Below, piece by piece: positions 58,326 to 64,000 of a stretch of DNA of 64,000 bases. The stretch spans positions 62,001-126,000 of the forward strand of contig JAPMXV010000069.1 in the NCBI GenBank assembly GCA_026936335.1, given 5' to 3'. Origin of the DNA: Mantamonas sphyraenae STR306 (Eukaryota > Protista > CRuMs). Numbering within the stretch: the first letter of the stretch is position 1; each line of letters opens with the position of its first letter. The notes below the pieces were generated by a model. The model was not told where the DNA came from, made no database searches, and saw only the letters and a list, made by a program, of their open reading frames with translations. A program made the position numbers and the translations under genes.

Positions 58326-58656
58326 GCTGTCCGTTTTGTCTGCGAGGGGAAGAAACAGGCGCAGAACAGAGTCAGCGGCGGGTGGTAGGGAGACACAAGA
58401 CGGACCAGCCATAGGTGCATGTGTCAAGCGAGGTAAGGGCTGGTGGGATGGTGTGAGATGGATGCACGGGGTCACGCACTGTGGTGTTTTTTGGTTGGCG
58501 AGTGTGGGGAAGAGGTGTGTGCGGGGAAAGGATTCAAGGATTCGGCACCGGATGGACAGGGGAGGGCGAGCGATGGACCAACAGACGGAGCGGAGATGCA
58601 TGGGAATGAAGGGATGTGGGAAGGATTGAGGACGCGCATGTTGAACCAACAAGGAA

Positions 58657-61240
58657 ATGAGGCAACGTGGACGCGGCGCAGTGGCAACGAGGGCCGCTGT
58701 GATGACGGTGATGCTTGTGCTGGCATGGATGGGCGAGGGTGGGTTTGGGCATTCGAACCACGGGAGCACAGGGACAGGCAAAGAGTTGCAGGACTTGTTC
58801 TTTGCACCAGGCAGCCACGAGCGGGTGGTGCTGCCGCTGCGCATCAACGTCCTCCTGCTGGGATTCCAGCGGGACGGAGGGCACGGCTTTGACCTGTCTG
58901 CGTCTGAGTTTAAAGAATCATTGACGGAGAGTCTGTCTGCGCACGTGCCGGCGTCGTGGGAGTCGGAAAGGGCCCTGAACGTGGAGTACTTCCCCCAGTA
59001 CGAAGTCATGCACCTGCCGTCTGCCCACCTGGCGCGTCTGGAACAGTCGATTGCAACGAATTTGCACTACGAGGGCACACACGTGTCTGCGGTACGTTGT
59101 GTGTGATGAGTTGCCATGTGCACAACACAGCGACGGAAGGGTGGGAAGGGGGGGGGGGAGCACGAACGCGTCCCCGGAAGCGGTGGCGAGGTGACGTCAG
59201 CAGGCACTGACACAGACACACAAACACACGGACATGTGGTGACACACGGACAGACGGGCACCAAGGAGCGCAATGACCCCGTGGCTACGTTTTCGGTGGA
59301 CGGCAAGAAGCTGGAGGTGGAGGTGGAGTCACTGCTGGCACAGGTGCAGGGAGGGTCTGCAAGCGGCAGCAACGGGGCCGGCAGCAGCAACAGCGGCGAG
59401 GCGAGTGCGTCATACAACGTGGTGATCATCAACCCGGACAAAAAGCAGATTCTGACGAAGCTGCAGTATGTGAAGAGTGAGGCGGCGGCGGCAAACCTGC
59501 AGCGGATTGTGGGCAAGGCGAGCTCGGAAAAGACAAAGGCAAAGGACGAGGAGGACATGTTTGTGTACCGGTACCACTACGGAGCGAGCGGAGAGGCACA
59601 GATGTTTGTGGGTCGTTCGCGCATGGTATTGCTGGACCTGACGGCCGGTCCCTGCCAGTATGGCGGGAGCGAGGTGGGCGAAGGAACGGTGAGCGAACTG
59701 TCGCTTCCGCGTCTGCACAGCATCCACGCGTCGCACGACGGCCACGAGCGGGAGGAGGATGCACAAGAGGATATGGCTGCGATGGTGAGTGCCAAGCTGG
59801 TGGCACAGGTGGTGCACATGGTGCAATTTCTGTTTGCACCGGATGTGCGGTTTGATCGGATGCAGTACACGGAAAAGGTGCTTGTGCCCATCATTGTGTT
59901 TCGCAACCACAGGCTATTCAACCCATTCCGTGCGGACGAACACACCATGCCCTTTCACATCGACCTGGACATGATCCAGCAGCATCTGAACCGCATGGCA
60001 CTGCCCAAACAAAAGGTACAACTGGTGACGGGCATCCACGCGCTGCACGAACACGAACACATTGCATTTGCAGTCTCCAAGGCCAAGCGCAGCTCCACAG
60101 GCCACGAAATGGGCCCTGAGGGCAGGTACCGCGTGGTGACACGTCGCTTTGTGGACCAGGACGTGCTTGCCCACGAGCTGCACGACGCCGCAGACATGCT
60201 CACCAGTGGTCTGATCGGCTCGCGTGTGGGCGACGACACACAACAGGTCGCCCAGCCGGCGGTGGTGGGCGGTGTGTCGCAGGAGGAATCGGGATCGGGA
60301 GCGCGGGTGCGAGTGCGGGGGCGAGTGGTGCGGGCATGGGAGCGGCCAGCGACGCACAGGGGCGTGTGCCGCTGACTCGCATCTTGCCCGTGTATGTGAT
60401 GTCGCTGGTGGGGTCGCAGGACGACGACCTGATGATGAAGGACCACCAGCAGGAACATGCGACGGCGCAGTTTGTGACGGTGCTCCAAACAAACGGGAGC
60501 TCGCAGAGGCTGCCATTCTTTACTGAGAAGCGACAGGTGACGCGGGATCCGCGCAATGTGAACCAAGCGATTGTGGCAGGCATTGCCAAGGCATTGGGTG
60601 GTATGGTGCCGCCGACGGCGCGGTATTCGACCATCCACAAGCGGATGGTGGTGGATTACAGTCTCGGGGTGGGAGCACACCCGTTTGGACCGTTTAGCAA
60701 CGAGACGCACGTGTCGCAAATCATGTTGGACAACGCACTGCGCAACAGCATTGTGTCGCGCATCAACGCGGCGTTTGTGCGTGTCCAGGCTGCGCTGGAG
60801 CATGTGGAGGCGTTTGTGGACGACTTTGTGCGCAACCCGTTTGGCGAGAGCATCGGACACAAGGAGAGCGAACAACACGTGGGTTCCTACCTGGAGCTGC
60901 TGTACCACCAGCCACGCACCCTGCGCTCGCCGCTGGGTCAACGCACGGTGGCTCGTCTCCACTCCGACCTGCTGGCCTTGGAAAAGAAATTCTTCCATGT
61001 GGCCGATGTCCTGTACGACTTTGAGCTGGAGGAGGCACTGGCCTACTCCAAGGGCTTTGACACGATGGCGCACACGTTTGCGGAGTATGTGGAGAGGGAA
61101 CTGGCCAACGTGCGGCTGGAACTGGAGTGTTGCAAGGTGGAGCACGTTCGTGTCAGCACGACAGCTGGTGGTGGGTCACCCTCATGTTGCTCGTCACTGT
61201 GTTTGGCGTGGTGGGTGTCGGCAGGATGTTGGTGAGGTGA
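58657..61240 (+). CDS. Conserved uncharacterised secreted/type I membrane protein (Arabidopsis AT4G16180-like); intron 59092-59253; apparent frameshifts near 60304 and 61155
   Basis: LRINVLLLGF..DGG..F, LDLTAGPC.YG..E.GEGTVSE.SLPRL, TRILPVYVMSL, G.HPFGPFSN, D..LRN.I.SR, LECC. C-terminal TM (SWWWVTLMLLVTVFGVVGV) lies in the shifted frame. Confidence 0.75.
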
Positions 61241-61303
61241 ATGAAGAGACGGCAATGGCGGCGCCAGCTGCACCAGCACCATCTGCGACAGCTGAGCTGA
61301 GCC

Positions 61304-62788
61304 ATGGCCACGAAACGGGAGTTGTCGACTGACGGGGGCGATGAAGGCGACGCGGGCATGGAGGAACAGGACCTGAAGCGAGCACGTGTGGAATCAAAGA
61401 CGGACGAAGCGGCGGTGGGGGAGGAGGAGGAGGAGGAGAGTGGGCCTGATCCGGTGTGGCAGCTGCAGAACTTGCACCTGAAGAAGATCATCAAGGAGAA
61501 CCACGGCCTGGCAATCCACGGAGGGGTAGCCAACCGCAAGAGTGCCACGGGTCGAAACGATAACCTTGTGGCGACGTTGTCGGAGGACCAGGTAAGGCCG
61601 GGGAAGAGCGGTGAAGATTTTGGTTTGGGGTTTTTGGCGGGAACCAGGAACCATGTTGGTTGGCGAAACACGCCCCCGAGACTGACACACGGGACGGGGG
61701 TTGGATTCGTGTGGGACACATTGGCAAAACCGTGCACAGGTAAACATCTACGACAACGAGCACTGCGGCGACCATCTGGATATCTTTCTGCACTTCCGGC
61801 AGAGCGAGGAACGGCTGGCGCAGGGGTGTCGGCTGACGGCGGCCGGGGCATGGTTGCCTGCAGAAGACGACTATGAGCAGCTGTTTGTGTTTGGGGACGT
61901 AGAGGGCAGGTTGTATGTGCTGTCCATTTCGTACGTGCGGGTGATCGCAGAGCTGAGCGGGCACGGAGGCGAGGCCGTGTTGGACATTGCCGCGTGTCAA
62001 CACACGCCCGGTTTGGTGGCTTCGGTGGGAGGCGACAACACAATGCGAGTGTGGCACGTGCCGTCCAACACACAGGTGGCTCTGTTGACGCTGGACAACA
62101 CGCCCGAGTGTGTTGTGTTTGACCCTGTGTTGCACGCATCTGGGTCAGCACCCAGGGAGGCGTCCTCATGCACGTGGACTACGCCGACGTGTGGCGTCTG
62201 TTCCAAGACAACGACCACACCCTGGACGAGCCAGTGGCTCTGGATGGAGGCAATTGCACAGGGGTTGCACACAGCCACGGCGAGGCGGTGATCGACCAGG
62301 TGCTGTTTGTACCGCAGGCGGCGGAGAAGGGCAAGGAGGAGGCCACAAGGGTGCTGACCAAAGACGTGCGTGGACAGATCCAAATGTGGCAAGTGGATGG
62401 TGGTGGCACGGGGAGCGGCAACGAGGAATCTGTGCTGTTTCAGGCTCGGGTGCCGGACGCGTGCCGCACCAAGATGGATGTGAGCAGCAACGGTCGCTTC
62501 CTGGCGGTGGGCAACGCAACGGGTGCTGTGCTACTCTACGATCTGCATACGCCCCTGCGTCGCAGCAACGGCGGGACGGGGCGGGTGAAGAATGTGCCTG
62601 CGTTGACGTCGCTGACGCACCGGCGAGCGAGCAAAAACAGCGTCAGTTGGGTGCAGTTTGGTAGCAACGACACACAAATCCTGCAGGGGACACAGGAGAC
62701 GGTGTTGCTTCGGTTTGACTTTGTGCATCCGAAGCATTTTGTCGTGGAAGACGACGATGACGACGATGAGGAGGAGGAAGGGGAGTGA
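61304..62788 (+). CDS. WD40-repeat protein (EED/LRWD1-like); intron 61592-61739; apparent frameshift near 62136
   Basis: IIKENHG..I, VATL..DQ/VNIYD, ELSGHG..VLD, LVASVGGDNTMRVW, GRFLAVGNATGAVLLYDL. Confidence 0.75.
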
Positions 62789-62839
62789 GGGAGCCGCCGC
62801 TCGATTGGATGCAAAACAAACCCACACAAACCAAACACA

Positions 62840-63718
62840 ATGTCGCAGAGCAAGAAAGCAATCATTTACGGTGGCAATGGCCAGCTGGGCAAGGCTGTTC
62901 TGAGCAAGTTCAAGACGGAGGGCTGGTTCACCATCGCGGTGGACCGTTCGGCAAACTCGGACGCCGACGTCAACGTGGAGGTCAGCGGCGGCTCGCTGAA
63001 GGAGGATGGCCCGTTGGTGACGGAGAAGCTGGTGGAGGTGGCCAACGAGAGTGATGCACGTGCGTGAACAACATCAAGCGAGAGGAGTGGGTGAGCCAAA
63101 AAGGATGATTCCGGCTGACACGGTTTTTCACATCATCATCCCCCGCGCACAAAACCCGCTGGACGAACGCACACACGTCAACGCACGCCGTGTGAATCCT
63201 GGACGGATTCATGGATGTACACACACACACACACACACACACATGCACACACACGCTCTCCCTCTCTGACAGTGATCTGCGTGGCTGGCGGCTGGCGCGG
63301 AGGCTCGATTGCCAACGACGACGTGTTTGAGAACACGCAGGTGCTGAGCAGCATGTGTCTGGACACGAGCTTCATTGCAGCACACGCAGCCAGCAAGGTG
63401 CTGAACAAGGACGGCATGCTTGTTCTGACAGGTGCAGGTGCAGCCATGGGGGAGACGTCGGGGATGGTGGGGTACGGCGCAGTCAAGGCGGCGGTGCACC
63501 ATCTCATTGCCGATCTGGCCGCAGACAAGGACAGCTTTGCCGAAGGCGTCGTTGTGGCTGGCATTGCCCCTGGCATTCTGGACACCAAAACAAACAGGGA
63601 GGGCATGCCGGACGCCGACTTTTCCACCTGGACGCCGCTGGAAACCGTGGCCGACCTGCTGTTCGACTGGTCCAGCGGCAACAACAGGCCCGAGAGCGGA
63701 TCCATCGTGGATGTGTAA
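62840..63718 (+). CDS. QDPR: Dihydropteridine reductase; intron 63060-63272
   Basis: IYGGNGQLG, CVAGGWRGG, LTGA, MVGYGAVKAAVH, ILDT..NR..MPDADFSTWTPLE. Confidence 0.95.
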
Positions 63719-63826
63719 GGATGGTGCACAGAGCGAGTGAGGTGAGAGAGGATTGAGAGAGAGAGAGGCAATGGAGCATGCGTTGCGCCTGTGGAGGCAG
63801 GCTTGGGATTGGAAAAGGAGGGGCAA

Positions 63827-64000
63827 ATGAGCACGGGTCGCGTGAAACATGGGTTTGGAGTGGATGGGTTGCGTTCGTTGGTGTTGCCTGTGCTGTCGGC
63901 TGGGCGCCAAAGCAGCGGGATTGTACATAGGTACCCGCGTGTGCTTGGCATGGATGTGGGGGATCGGCGTGTGGGGCTGGCCATGTCCGACCCCAGTGCC
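63827..64000 (+). CDS. YqgF/RuvX RNase H-like nuclease (5' part; runs off the window)
   Basis: Frame from ATG 63827 gives ...RVLGMDVGDRRVGLAMSDP, the YqgF N-terminal signature. Not in the ORF track because it is truncated. Confidence 0.8.
   Translation, partial: MSTGRVKHGFGVDGLRSLVLPVLSAGRQSSGIVHRYPRVLGMDVGDRRVGLAMSDPSA

Noticed and set aside
59103-59214. Possible intronic C/D snoRNA (GTGATGA...CTGA)
   Set aside because: The CTGA is the branch-point motif, the C box is only ~11 nt from the donor, the stem is just TG/CA repeat, and no rRNA complement was recognised.

Overview
Eukaryotic nuclear DNA (standard genetic code, GT-AG spliceosomal introns, roughly 58% GC by eye) from a very compact genome, most likely a flagellated heterotrophic protist (inference from ARMH1- and AXDND1-like genes; I cannot name the lineage). 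About 31 protein-coding genes lie in 64 kb, mostly alternating in strand, with spacers of 2-330 nt (one of ~480 nt). Introns are short, use GTNNGT donors and often carry a CTGACAC branch point. Recognisable genes: ARMH1, ATP23, MPLKIP/TTDN1-like, ASPDH, RNF126-like, INCENP, SLC45-like, COMMD1-like, FBPase, SRP40/NOLC1, squalene synthase, TatD, DDX52/ROK1, a 7TM-TKL kinase, a DHHC palmitoyltransferase, a Rab5-group GTPase, two ABCG half-transporters, QDPR and YqgF. The most striking element is a ~1,740-aa secreted precursor (58325-52574, minus strand). In it, acidic spacers alternate with extremely cationic amphipathic segments resembling antimicrobial/cytolytic peptides, so it is a candidate membrane-lytic polyprotein. 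Other highlights: an intronic double-guide box C/D snoRNA in DDX52, an INCENP with 20 Aurora-type repeats, a tandem divergent HSF protein, a membrane-anchored adaptin-ear protein and a head-to-head ABCG pair. Five apparent frameshifts occur in four genes and are probably assembly errors. No tRNA, rRNA, CRISPR or transposon was recognised.
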